From Ancylonema sp. (Eukaryota): a DNA stretch of 64,000 nt. How positions within the stretch are numbered: the first letter of the stretch is position 1; every line of letters starts with the position of its first letter. The DNA is taken from contig JBFLGF010000013.1 of assembly GCA_050230475.1 (NCBI GenBank), positions 1 to 64,000 on the forward strand, read 5' to 3'. The notes beneath the pieces are model-generated. The model had not been told where the DNA came from. It saw only the letters and a list, made by a program, of their open reading frames with translations, and did no database searches. Below, piece after piece: positions 32,444-46,200 of this stretch. A program made the translations under genes and the position numbers.

Positions 32444-35144
32444 GTGCAAGATTCCAAGATGGAATCTTGGATGATGCCAACTGCTTGAGAAAGTTATTTC
32501 AAATAATAAATAAATTTACTTCTGGTTCAAACGTGATGAAGAATTATATTGGACGTACTCTTGATTAAGCGTTTCGTATAGATTAAGTGGAATATTTGAA
32601 AGGTTGGGAATGTCAATTGAAGCGCGCCGTACGTGCACAACAAGGTTCGAAAGATGATGGGACTTCGAGATTTGCTCACGTAGATCTCTAGATCTTGAGC
32701 CCTCGGTTGTTTGATAATATATCATCATCACTCCGTGCAAATGTCATTCTATCAATGAATTGTGTACAGGTATTTGTTGTTCTTTTTAGGAGTGAAAGAC
32801 GTTCTTGCGCATATGTATCATTGTATATGAGAAGCACAGATCAAATGAAAATATGTTCTTTTCACTCAAGTAATCTAATTGTGAAATGAGAGACAAAATT
32901 CAGCGAAGGTCTTGCAATGTTTCTTACTTTGGCTAGGGAACATAGCAATGAGCCAAGTATAGAAATTGTGCAATGGTGATTGTTCTAAATTTCAGAGTCC
33001 ATTTCCACCCATGAAAGGCAATGGAACTCAGGAAAAACACGACCAATATCAAACTATGCTAAATAAAAGGAACGAACTGCCAAAAGAGTTGGGGATGGAG
33101 GCCCACTTAAAAAAGAAGACAGAATTTAAAAACAATTTACACCGCACCTCCAATTGTATGCATGCGCCCCAAGAACTACATGACGCATGGAGAGCGTCAA
33201 CATTGTGCGATTTTGATACGCGTAATCACTACCTACCTACCCTTTTCATAAGGATCGTTCATCGTACAATCGTAAACGAATGTCAAGCAAGAAACACGAC
33301 ACGGAGTTCCGATGCGCAGTATCGGACTTCGATAAGGATTTGAAGTTGCTAACAAATCACACTTCTCCCACTCGACAAATTCTCGGCCACGAGGAAAAAA
33401 AAGACACAGCCTTTGTCGGTATGGGCCAAGTGTCAAACGTGACCAAAAGTTAAACGTCTTTAGCTTGTGCACATTCAAACATTCACTTGGAGGTTACGGA
33501 GGTTTCTTGAGGGGTAATCACAAATCCGATTCATTGTCTCCACTTCAAATCGTATCCGATTCGATCCCACTCAAATTCCCTCTTCACTGTGCCACCATGT
33601 CCCTCTATGCCCACCAAAAGGAGAATTTTCCAAGAAATTATAATAATGAGAAAAAGTCGATCTACCTGTCTCGTCGTCCTCTCTTACTTCTTCCTCCTTC
33701 CAGCATCTTTGCTTCCTCCCCCTACCTGTCCCCTCCCCACCCCCTCCACCTTTATTCCCCTGCCGCCTCTCGTACCGTTTCAAAACACTCGCCAGATTCT
33801 CCTTCCCTTTCGAAAACGCTACATCCCCTGCAGCAGTGCCTATCCTCCCCTTCCTCCACCCCATCGCGCCCTCCACCTCCCTGATCAAGTCAAGGAAAAG
33901 GGAGGGAGGAGGGGGGGAGGTGGGGCTGTATTCATGCACTCCCCCTTCGAATCCAGGTTGCTGTCAAGGCCAGCCTCCCGGGGGGAGGGGGCTAGGCGGG
34001 CTGGGGATGATTGGGAGGAGGTTGGGGGACGGGATGAGAGAGCGTCCCTTTTCGCCGTTTTTCCAAAGCAATTGCAGAGACGGGGGATTGTGCGAGGGCA
34101 AAAAAATGCGGTAACCAATACACCTTGTGGGGGCGGGACGGGGGCGAGGGGGGAAGGAAAAAATTATTCAACAAAACACAATGCACCTTTCTACTTCACA
34201 CCTAATCAAATATGAATCGAGTTTCAGGCCTCGACAACTCTATTCAAATCCGAAAGCCCACAATTCGAAAACTCGAACCCAACTCCAGACCCCACCAAAA
34301 GATCCAGAAATAAGAATCCACAAGTCAGTCCTAAGAACCCACAAACCAAAACCCGAGATAACTTCAGATAGATTACTAACCAAACTCAGAAATCGCAATT
34401 CGAAATTACAAACACCCGACCTAAGACCTAGACCCCGAAAACCAGACCCATAACTTAACATTTAAGACCCACGACACCAGAACAGGAAGTAAAATCGACA
34501 CGAAAAAAACCAAAATAAAACTCAGGATTGCACCCCCCAATTTCGACCCCAAACCCTTACCCGTACCCGGTTGAGCACACAGGTATACCTCCCCCACAAC
34601 TCCAGCCGAATCTCCACGTGCGACAGCTCCAAAACTCGATGCACACAACAAACGCCAAAACTGATAAAGCAACGCCTCCCCACCCGTCCCCCTCCCATAC
34701 GCATGCGGAAGAGTACACACTCACATTTGGGCCATCGCCCCCCCCGTCCCATCCTCCACCTCCACCCCTCGTATCCCGTCCAGCCCCAAGCCCTTCTTTT
34801 TCGAATAGGACCAAAGCCAAAATGAGAACCTCATTAGCTCCATTCTCGAATCGGAACAGCCACTCTAACGCGTCCACTTCCATGAGGCGCTATAAACACC
34901 CCTTCACTTTCTAAACAACATCTCCTTCTCCTTGTACCTACTCCCCTTCACTCCCCACTCCCCTCTCACCTCTCACCTCCTCCTCCTTTTTGGATTGAGT
35001 CGTGCCTGGTGTCCAATCAGAGTGACGTTGATGTTGATGTTGATGTTGGATAATCCTGAGGCACAACTGAACTTAAACGATTGGTCACTCAAGACAAGAG
35101 AATTGCAACAAATTATTTATCGAAATTTTAGTTGAAAATGATCG

Positions 35145-35217
35145 GTGGATCGGGGATATACCCGGGACCACCCTTTCATATGCACTCAAGAGGCGCAACC
35201 ACTGCGCCACCCGGTCC
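35145..35217 (-). other. Degenerate tRNA-derived sequence (SINE head or tRNA pseudogene)
   Basis: The minus strand reads GGACCGGG-TGGCGCAGTGG (Pol III A-box consensus), followed at tRNA spacing by CCGGGTATATCCCCG (T-arm-like stem with a broken B-box). Confidence 0.4.
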
Positions 35218-35530
35218 ATGGTATGTAGCGACATATTTTATTCATAAATGCTCTTCGGATGTGAATTGGGCCGTATGCCGCAGGCTTTTACACGCCATGG
35301 CGAACCACACCGGTCTTACGATCAGGACACCAGTCTAACACTCCTCCTCCTCCTCCTACTCCTCCCGCCCTTCTCCTACCTCTGCTCCCAACATTGCCTA
35401 GCCATTGCTCTAGAGGTGACACATGTCCGTTTTTGGGGCCGAAAAGCTTATGTTGAGGCGATGTTGACTGGAGAGAGTGAGTGCTTCCAGGCGGAGCTAG
35501 GAAAGAAAACCCCTCCCTTAGCCCTTTGTG

Positions 35531-36552
35531 TCATGACACTTGACACAAGTAGCCTTTTGCCACAATTTTGGCCTTGTACTTGTCCAAGTTGCCGCTGGCA
35601 TCTGTGTTGATTCGAAGTACCCACTTCGTACCAATCACTTTTTTGCCAGCAAGCCTCTCCACCTCCTCGAAGACCTCATTCTCCCACAAGCTTTGAAGTT
35701 GACCTTCCATCGCTGAAGCCCACTCCTCCACCTTGCCACTCTCCATGGCATCTGAGACCGTCGGCGGGTTGATGAAGTCTGCGGCCACCTCGAAAATCTC
35801 ATCGTATCGAGTCGCTGGCACTCCCCGGTTACCTCTGGCACTAAATCGAACTCAAGGTGGGGACCTATGGACATCATCGACATCGTCCTCATCTTCGTCA
35901 TCGCCAGATGGCGGAAGTGGGGGTAGCTCATCAGCATCGACGCCACCTGCATCGGGAGGGGCAGGGGTTAGGGGGGAGGGTTGAGGTCCACCCAAAGCGG
36001 TTGGGGATCCATCCCCATTCGTAGCCGCAACATCCCCAGTGGCTAGGTTGGGAATACCGCCGTATCCATCCCCTCAAATGCCTTTTCCCCCTGCCTTTCT
36101 CCCAACCACCAACCGCTCTCCATCGACTCGAAATAATCCGCCCCCCCCCCACATTCAACAATTGGTTCCCTTTCCAAGGATTCCACACCCTAACCGAAGT
36201 AATTCTGAAGTACCAAACGAGTACCCCCTCATACCGAACTGCCCCCAATTTTCCACCTCTATCTTTTCTATCGATCGGGCAGAACACCGTACATCCGAAG
36301 GACCTTATGTAGCTAACTGTCGCCTTCTTCCCGCTCCACATTTCTTTAGGAGTGACAATCATCCCAGTGACCGGTCCCCGGTTCCTCAAGTGGCTGGCTG
36401 CGAGAAAGACCTCACCCCGGCTGCCTCCCCCAAGGCCACCATGCAGCATCATTGATCTTGCCCTGTCTTGCAAAGTCTTGATCATCCGCTTAGCCACTCC
36501 GTTGCTTTGCGGTGACCTCAGAGGTGTAGTCTCATGCTTAACACTTTTTCCC
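35531..36552 (-). mobile_element. Ty1/Copia pol fragment (integrase C-terminal half to start of RT), degenerate
   Basis: PQSNGVAKRMIKTLQDRARSMM, SYIRSFGC, KLGAVRYEGVLVWY, EEWASAMEGQLQSLWENEVF and VIGTKWVLRI..KYKAKIVAKGY, with frameshifts. Confidence 0.9.
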
Positions 36553-37021
36553 TAAGCCATGTCGACAAGGCCAACAAATTCTATAGGAACAAGTTGTCTA
36601 TTTGCCTAAGTTCCCAGTCCGGCATTGTTAAACCGGTAGATACGGTAGTCCGGACGCATGTCAATAAATGGTGCATTTTGATTGGTTATGTGAATTGCGG
36701 CCGTATGCAATTAAGCTCATGAGACTCCAATCAGCTAGCTATCGTTGATTGGTGCTTTCGAACACGCATTGTTTTGCATGCATAGTTTGATTCACATTGT
36801 ATCGTAAAGTACACGTGGGCGCATATTGGGTAGTGTGTCTCATTATTGTGTTTATTCGAAGCATTGCCCAAGGTCCGACTTTCAGACCTTGGAGCAGTGA
36901 TTGATCAAACTTGCAACTCATCTCACACCGATCTAAATGCGTTGTGAATGAGAAATGTATAGGCACTTGTTCGAGATAGCATTCATGCTTAAGACTTCAT
37001 CAATGACATGGAGTCTTTATT

Positions 37022-39142
37022 TGGTATCAGAGCGGAAGGTGACGATTCTGGATTTTTTAGGTCCATAATTATTCTCAAGGGGAATACGGGTCGGGTCTAT
37101 GGTATTAGAACAGAACCTTAGGGATAAAAATTTATGGGGGCACGTCATGGGTACGACAGTCAGTCCTCCTTTTTTGCGCGCAATAGCACCAGCGGTTTGG
37201 GCAATCGCTGCAGCCGAAGTTGTACTAGCCATAGCCGGTGGCGCGAAAGTTACGCAAGCAATAACAGACACGGAAACGAAACTCTCCGAGGATTTTGATG
37301 CGCCCATGGCAAAGGCGAATAGTGTGTTGTCGTCTACTTTTGAACCTAAGGATGTCATGGCGACAATGATATTTTCTAGCCTGGCGAAGAAGTGGGACAA
37401 ATTTTCGTCGGACCTTGCAGCCGTCTCAGCTCAAATGGCTACCGTTGCCAGATCTCGGCTCAATAACTTTCGAATGAGAGATGGTGATACTGTGGTTCAG
37501 ACGCAGCACCGATTTGATCAAGTGGTCAATGAATGCATCATTAAAGTATTGACAATAACCGAGAATGACAAGACAATGGCGCTTTTGATACATCTTTCAG
37601 AAAAGTGGCGTATGATCATGGATTCCTATGCCGAGCCAAATCCAGTCCCAGAAGTGAGAGAGGTCTGCAGGGCCATGAAGGGACTCGAAGAAAGGTGGAA
37701 CACGCGAAACGATAGGGAAATCGGCGAGGCCAATTATATGGGGCGGAGTAGCGGGGTGAGCGGAGGGTGGAAGCCAAATATTGGCGGCGCGCCCAAGCCA
37801 CAAATCGGAAACGACAGCATAATATGTTACTGTTGTTGGAGGACTGGCCATTTTGCAAGAGAATGTTCGATGAAAGATAAGACTTGCAATGTGTGTAAGT
37901 CCAAGGGATATTTGGCGAATATGTGTCGCAAGGGGAGTGTTGGAGCAATTATCGGTGGGAGCGGTAGTAGCGGATCATAAGGTAGTACCATAGCTACCTG
38001 TCGAAGTTTTAGCTAACGGAAGCGAATCAGGGAAGTTGCCTGTTCCATCCATTCGACCCAAGCTGAGCTTTGCCAAAAACACTAAATTGGACAAAGCCAA
38101 GGAGGGTGCAGAGGGCATGGTAGTGGAGGAAGTGTTGTCGCATGCGAGAGTGGAAAGCTCCAAGGGAGACGTAGAATGGTTAGACGACTCCAGTGCCTCA
38201 CGCCATGTTTACAATGATACGAGTTTGCCATGGGATGTCAAAGTGAGAGAAGATCCAATTATTCTTCGACAAATTTCAAGACACTTCGAGGTGTATGTGA
38301 CTAGTACAGTCAAGCTTGAGTGCTTGGACAAGGAGGGCGTCCCAGTGATTCTTCAACTGTACTACACCCTCTACATCCCCCAGGCAAAGGTGTGTCTTTT
38401 CAGCCTTAAAAAAACGCGAAAGGCACTGTTCAGGGTAGTTCAAAAAAACAAGATCGGACTTGAGTGGATCCAGAATGAGAATGGATGCTTCATGAGTGAG
38501 GATGATGAGGGGAGGGCAGTCGTGAACTGCAGTCGTGAACTACACTACTCTTCTGCCGCCCTTCAGTCCTCCCCCACCGATGTTGCTGCCGATAAATGAG
38601 GAGAAAGAAGAAGTGCCGACAGCAGCTGTGGACATCGAGCTTCTGCACCGACGGCTAGGTCACATGGGAAAGACTGCAATGGCAAGGTTGGTGAAGGAGG
38701 ACTGGGATGGAAGGTGGTTTAGATGGGGAGTTGGGGATCTGTCGAGGCTGTGAGCTCGGCAAACCTCTGGCCAAGCCACATCCTCCGAAGAGTGTGTTGT
38801 AGAGAGCAACACGGAAGTTGGAGCGTGTACATGCGGATCTTGTGGGACCGATGAGGCAGCAGTCATGGGGTGGAGCACGGTTTCTTTTCGTCTTGGTTGA
38901 CGACTTCTCCAGGAAATTATGGTACTTCTCAAGAACAAGAACGATGTCGAGTCGAGGCTGGAAGGAGTGGAAAGCACTTGTTGAGAATGAGAGTGGAGAG
39001 AAGATGGGCCAGTTCTGAATAAATAATTGAGGGGAATTTTGCAGTGTCGCACTGTCGACATGATTAAAGAAGAAGGGGGTCAAGCATGAGACGACTGCAC
39101 CGAGGACACCACAAAGTAATGGTGTTGCAGAACGAATGACGA
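37022..39142 (+). mobile_element. Ty1/Copia 5' part: PBS, gag, protease, N-terminal integrase; degenerate
   Basis: tRNA-iMet PBS TGGTATCAGAGC at 37022. Gag ORF 37099-37980 with CCHC knuckles; protease WLDDSSASRHV; LLHRRLGHMG; LERVHADLVGPM..VLVDDFSR; ends at PQSNGVAERM. Confidence 0.92.
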
Positions 39143-39189
39143 AAAACCATTCGAATCAGAGTTGTGCTAAGGCGTCTCAGCTTGCGAGG

Positions 39190-40180
39190 TGACTCCGAGA
39201 TGGGGTCACTCAAAAGGCGGAGTTCCCCTTGCTGCTCTAGGTACGGAGCTTGGCGGGCTTAGCCGCTCGTTCATGCTGAGTCTTGGGCTTTTCAACAATT
39301 TTTCGTTGCCCTCTAGCGGTTGCCTCATCCTTTCCGCCCGTTTAGGGATGGGAATGGTTGGAGGAATGGGAGAAGGGCAATTTCGTGCGATGTGCCTTGG
39401 CACACCGTAAATTTTGCACGACCTCTTTTCCCTTTTTGATTGCCGCTGCGACATGCCGTAGTAGGAGTCTTGTTGACCCCCCTCCTCTTTGACCTTGTTT
39501 TGACGATGTAGCCCAGCGCGCTCGACAACTTGGTGTTGGGACAGTCCAATAGCACGAAGTTTAGTTTGAGCCACAACTTTCTCACGCATTTGTCTTAAAG
39601 TCATTTCATGGATGTCGTAGCAAGAGAGGGGATCGAGACCTCGATTTACCTGGTCTCTCTCACTATCCCTCACATCCTTGTCTACTTATTCAAATTCAGA
39701 TGTTGAAAAGCTCAAACCCAAATTGTAGAGGTCTGTTGTCTTTAGTTGGTCCCGAGTCATCACTTTGGGCTCCTCTTCTTCAAGAGGCTTAGACAACATG
39801 TTAAATCCGGCAAACATCCATTTTGGTGTTTCGTTTGCAAGCGGTTTGAAATTTTGAATGGCTGTAAGGTTCTACGTGGTGGAGGATTTAAATCTTGCCT
39901 CAAGATCGTCGAAGAACCGTTCGAGGTCCCTTGGTTCGTTTTCTTCAGGATGGGGTGGGCTGGGGCAAATCCCGACTCTGCCTGAAGCGTCAGGAATGTC
40001 GTGTCATCCCTCCTCTAGTCACGCCAAAGTTGGCGGTGATCGGTGTCTTGAGCCTCATTGAAAATCGGGTTGTCCATGTTGTCAAAATCCCTAGTGTCCA
40101 TGAACACGACATAGACATCTCGGGCTTCTCCCTGGAGCGTGGCCTCAAGGAGGGCAAGGAACTCCCACTAGCCAAAGCCA
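39190..40180 (-). mobile_element. Retroelement gag remnant (probably non-Copia)
   Basis: ERFFDDLEARF...AIQNFKPLANETP and a degenerate knuckle CKIYGVPRHIARNC, with stops and frameshifts. Confidence 0.55.
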
Positions 40181-40389
40181 GCTAGCAAGTGCTCTTGGTG
40201 CTCCCGAACCATCTTATTACACATCGCCTTGGCAACCTGTTTAAAAGACTTATGAGTTGTCCCTCCTCCTCTAGTGACATACAAAACTCAATTGACACTC
40301 CACTCCAATTTTTACAGAGCACATTTCGGAAACAACACAATTACGTTATACATCGTTATACATAGCACGATTCTCTACCATATGACAAC

Positions 40390-42050
40390 GATTAGAGTGC
40401 GGGAGGGAGCGGCTCTTCAGGCTACTAAGGAAGCACTTTGGAACGAGCACCAAAAAGGTGGGAGCGGTAGCAGTCGCAGCTCAACTCCGAAGTACAGGAT
40501 ACCGGATTTGGGGAGGAAGGCGGAGAATTGTTTCTTCTACGAAAACCTTGGGCACAATACCAAGTAAAGCCGCTTTCGGGAGGAGATGTGTCGCCATTGC
40601 GGGAAAAAGGGCCACCTCCAAAAGGCTGGTCTAAGCAAATCCCGAGGGGAGCTGGCGATTGAAGCGGAGCGATTCAAGGGCACCTAGTGCATGTTTGTGG
40701 ACACGTAAGTTCATGTCGGGGAGCTGTCAAGGAGTGAAAAGGAGTTGGGAAACAAGGAGTGGCTCGCGGATTCCGGAGCATTTCATCACCTTTGTGCGGA
40801 CTACGAGTCGTTCGGTGAGGTTTCCCGGATGGAGAAGACAGCCACCATTCATCAGGTGCATGGAACAGTGTCTGTACATGAGTGGGGAACATATTTGCTC
40901 GCATGCAAGGGGGAGGGGAGCTCCAAGAGCATCATCATACTAAAAGATGTTCTCTAGGTCCCTCAACTTCGAGTAAATCTATTTTCAGTTCAAAAATTTC
41001 AACAAGCAAATTACATACCCGTGTTTAATGAGAGGAAAGGAAAGATAATCATCAAGGAGCTGGTGGGTAGAAGTGTAGCTGCGCGGTCGGTTTAAGTTGC
41101 GACAATGACGGAGTGCAATCTGATGCGGCCTACTCTTGATTGCAACGTTGTCATGCGACACTCCCTCCCCTCCCCTCTTCCCTGTATGCACAAAGCTCTT
41201 CATTCGCAGCTGTCTCTTCTATGTCTCTTCTTCATCGACGCCTCCGTCATTCCGGGCAAGGTGCATTACATAGGCTGATTCGGGAGAGAATGGTGGGTGG
41301 TGTGGAGAACGTAGTGGGAGGAGATCTGGAAATATGTTCGCCATGCAAGTTGGGGAAGATGACGCGACACCCTCACCCCGCATCAGCTGCAGATCCTCAT
41401 GTGCAGGGGCCTATGGATCTGGTTGTCATGGACTTGGCTACTCCGAACAAACAGACCTTCGAAAAGGCTGCCTGCAACCTCGTCTGGGTGGATGTCTTCA
41501 GCCGTCGATCTTGGGTGTTTTCCTGTTGAAGAAGAAGAGTGATGCTGAGGAGGCGATTTTGAACTGGCTTCTAGTCGCTGAGCGACAGTGTGGGAGGGAG
41601 CTAAAGATCTTGAGGATCTGATGGAGGTGGGGAGTTCATAAATTTGACCCTAAAGGCCAGCCTGAAACAATGGGGGGTCAAGCAGCAATTCACAGCGCCT
41701 AGGAATCCGGAGAGCGATGGGATAGCGGAGCGGATGAACCGCACTCTTCAAGAGCAGACAAGAACGATGAACCTGGAAATGGGGCTCCCTCATGGACGGT
41801 GGGGGGAGCTGATCACCAAAGCTTGTGTCATTCGAAACGTCAATCCTGTCTTTGGGCAAGCTCTAACACTTTCAGGGATGTGGCTTGGGAAGCGACCATC
41901 ATTCTCGTCCTTCTGTGTGATTGGATGTAAGGTATCCTGTCTCGTTGAGAAGTCGAAGAGGGGTGGTAAATGGGGTGCCATGGTGTGGGAGGGTGTGTTG
42001 GTGGGATACTTAGTAGACAACCCTGCGTACGGAGTGTGGGATCCAAAATC
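40390..42050 (+). mobile_element. Second Ty1/Copia fragment (gag knuckle, protease, integrase), degenerate
   Basis: CRHCGKKGH, WLADSGAFHHLC, LLHRRLRHSG, PMDLVVMD, VDVFSRRSWV, DGIAERMNRTLQE and GKWGAMVWEGVLVGY. Confidence 0.9.
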
Positions 42051-43280
42051 TCATCCGCATCCGCATCCGCATCGCATCGTAATCTAACGTGGCCCATCTG
42101 TGACAGTGTTTTCTGACTATACGCGGCTTGCATCTGACGACATTGTATAAATCTGCATTCCAACTCTCATTCACGTCATTACTGTGGACAAGGTTCGAGT
42201 ATTAGGGCACTAGGAAAACTATCGACATCGTCCTCCTCCCAGCCCACTCACTGGGGTTTCTGATAGTGTGACATTGTACGATTGAGTAAGGAGGGTAATT
42301 TGACGCACGAATTCGAGTCGAGTCAGTGTTGCTTGGGCCTGGTTATAACTTAACAAAAAGGATTGGCCCCCTGTTGGGTCCGACCACCGTCGAAGCGCCA
42401 CGTAGCGCCAATTACGCCTGAAACGTACAGGTCAACCCTGACGAAATGCCCCCCGGCTGGACCTCGCTACAACTGATGCTCCTACTGGAGACAGAAGACC
42501 ATGCTGCAGTAACAGACTCTGCGTAGCGTAAGACTAACACGGAATGCGAAGGTAACGAGTCTGGTTATTGCTGTCAAGTAGCGCAATAGAGTCCAACCTC
42601 GACAAGCATTAGCATATGTATCGTCCGGAGCATGTCATTTTTTCATACTTGCCGAGTTGAATCTCCCGGACAGAGGAGGTGGCCCAGGGGATGGTGATAT
42701 CAGGCAGCCATTTTACCTGTTGCTGCCACCGTAATGCTGCCACCCTTTTTTTTGTCACACATATTCAATGAATTGGCCACGTGTCACCTCTGTCACCTGG
42801 TTGTTGGTTGGCGCTCGATGACCAGAGCTGAGTGCAACGGCCGACTGCGCGTGTATCATTGAAATCGTTCATAGAAACTATCATGGCTTCGGACCCTGGC
42901 CGTGAGTCGATACAGATCGCATTCTGCGGTATACTAAGGAAGTATCTTGGTGTAAGTATTTTTCGGTCCTCGAACACCATGTCCGCTTCAATGGGCTACA
43001 AGAACGGCACCTGATGAAGAGGAGATGCCCATAGATTTCTTCTCGGACAAACGGAAATCAACCTGCTAAATGCCATAGCAGTGCCAAAAGTGGGTAACCG
43101 CTTCAGCTTTTAAAATCGTATGCTAGGTCCGGAAATGTCCGAGGAGCTGCACCCGTAATTAGCAGGCTCAGATGCCGCGCCCTGTCATCGTCGGTTATAT
43201 GCAGGCTGATGCAATCAGGGTTGTGTACACCGACAATGGTAAACCGACCACCAGGTGCCTCTCTCTTCTCTACATCAATC

Positions 43281-46200
43281 ATGTTGTCAAACAGCTATAC
43301 TCTCAACCCCCCCCCCCTTTGTGCCATCGTTTGTCGTAATAGTGGCTTTGCAACTTTGCAAGGACGCAGACAGGATCGGTGAATCTAGGGAAGGGAAATG
43401 ATCACACATTGAAACGATTTTGCATTTAGCATTTGCGACCTATGTGTACTATCCAGGGCCATTGGCCAGCCACTGATACGAACGAATGATACGCAGACAC
43501 ATCATCTGCACCGCTAGTCTTCCAGCCCTGCAGAGTGCCAGGTGTCATGATGTGTATGGCAGGGTGTCAGGCCCCCCAAGGTGCGGAAGACTCTGCCAGC
43601 TCTCGCCAGCGCATGGGACATGCCTCCCAACGAGGACCAGCTGGCAGCTGACCTGGATGACTTCCTTAAAGACTACCCGGTATACATACCCGGTTACCTG
43701 ATTACATGTCCACACAGTCCCCCCTATATCCATTCACTTGCATCGCAAACACACAAACACGAACCGCCTCTGTCCCTGCAAGCACATGTGAACACCGTTT
43801 GATTGTTAGGGTTTTTGGGTGGGTATTGTGTGTGTGTCTCTGAAGCCTCTGATTGTGATTTGGATACCCGTGGGTGGCCGCAGGACACAACCGTGGTGCG
43901 CCAAGTGTGCGACTCCGTTTTGGCCGCGGTAATCATTCGCTGTGGACAGTACAGCCTGCAGGTACTAAACCCTAATCTCTGAACCCTAAATGCAGAAATG
44001 GTTTTCTGGAGTGCGAAGATGTGAAGGGAGAGAAGGGGATTGGAAGGACAGGTGGACGCAGATTAACTTGATCTCTGGGATATCCTTAGGGTATCGAGTT
44101 TTGGATAAGGAGTTTTGAATCGAGTTCATCATCATTAGTGAGGGGGTTGTATGTTTATCAGAATTTCTGGTCTCTACTGTAATGCACAAATCTGATATTC
44201 AGCAACACAGATATTCACATATTTATACACATGTACCGTACCGTAATGTACACGTCCAGATGAAACATTCCTGCTCAGTATTTCGATCACTTGAAACCCT
44301 ATGCCATGACTGGGGCGCTGAATCCACACCCGAGACTGCTCCATCCATAACGAAATGTTTCCTTACAACGAATTTTCACCCACTCATTTCCAAGCTACAT
44401 TTCTGTGTGCACGCTGAGCTTCACACACACCCCCTAATGGCGTGGGGTGCTCATTACCATCCACAATTTTAATTTTATTTACGAACCCTAACTACTTTGT
44501 AGTCTCTCTCTTACACCCAAACCCCCGCTTCTATCCCCACAGCTCGACTTCCTCCTGGGCCTCTTCGCCCTACTGCTCGACCTCAACGCCCTCCACAGCC
44601 ACCCCTTCCTCTCCCTCCTCATCAAACTGGCAGAGGGGCTGGAAGGGGCCCTGCAAAGCCCCCCTTTAGATCCCCTCCTCCAATCATTGACCTCCCCCAG
44701 GGGGGGGGGGGTAGAGTCCGCCCCAGATGGGCCTGTGGGGGGGAAGAGGGGGAGCGCAGGGGGGGCAGCCATGGAAGCGACACCTGGCAGGCCTCTGAGG
44801 CTCAGCCAGGAGGCACTGGGGACGGCGCTGTCGGATATTTTCGGAGCGGGTGGGGAAAGTTCCAGGAACCTTCCGTGGCTGAGACCCCTGGTGTGCACAG
44901 CAGTGCAGGCTGCGATCGACTCGGAATCCCTGCGGCCAATCACGGCCCTCGAGGTGGTGATGCAGATGCTGAGGTGGATAGATAAGGGGGGGGGGGGTGA
45001 GGTGGATGGATGCGTCCAGCTGCTCCAGGCGCTCACCGCTCCCAATTCCAATCTCGTGCCTTTCTACGCCCTCATGCATCCACCCACCAAGGTGGGCCCC
45101 ACTGCCGACCCACACACACAGAGGCACACATCCACCCACCGACCTCCTCACCTCCCTGGCCGCAGATGGCCACTGCGAGGGGTCCGCTGTCTGCCCGCCA
45201 GCTGTCATTCTACCAGGAGGTTCATCGGAGAAGGGATGGGGTCCTCCTCTTCTTGTCCCCGCTGTACGGCCGCCTCCAGTGCCCCTCCTTTGCCACCCTG
45301 CGGACGCCACCTCTCACTTACACAGGCGTGCTGGGGGAGCCTCTGCAGGGGATGGTAGGAGGGCTGGGAAAGGGGGGGGCTTCCTTTCCACTTCAAGTGT
45401 TGGGTTGCTGATGCTCGAGTCCCATTGGGTTTCCCCGCAGGAGGTCGCTCAGAGCGTGCCAGCTGGCAGTGTGGAGTGGCAGCGCGCCATACGCTGTCTG
45501 GACCACAGCCTGCGTGTCAACCCCCCCTCGGATTGGTGGAGGAAAGTGCTAGTGCCTGTGGATGCGACACCTGTCCTCTCCAAACCCCCCCCCCCCCCCC
45601 CCCTCATCTCCATCCTCCTCCCCCACTTCTCTCCGCTGATGACCGTCCGCGCGGCCGTGGATCGGATTCTGGAATTGTACGCACCAATCAGGGAGCAGCC
45701 GGATTCAGTCGATCGTGAGGCTGAGACGGGGCGGTGGAACGAGTGGTTGACGTTCGCTGACATCTTCTACGGGATGGTGCGGATGGGGGCCATCCCCATC
45801 CTTGACTTCATTGAGGAGGTGGCTGCACGTCTGCCCCTGCCCCCCCCCACCAACCACATCACTTGGCTTCTCACCCAGGTGTCCCGTCTAGACGTCTACG
45901 TCACCACTGTTTTCGAGAGGAACCCAGAGAAGGCTCTGCAGACAGTCACTACTCTGGCATCCTTCCACGCCACCCCCTCCCCCCCCTCCCCCCTACCCTC
46001 CTCCATCCTCCTCAGCTACGTCCCCAGCACTCAGATGTTGTACCTCTACCGCTCCGTCCGCCACCTGTGGGACGCGTACATGAGTAACCCCGAAGTGCTT
46101 GACCCCAACCAGCACATGGGCAAGGGGGCCACGCTTGAGGCGTGGTGGAAGAAAGCGTGCGCGGGGGGGGAGAACAGCATCGATTACGCGACGTTGAAGG

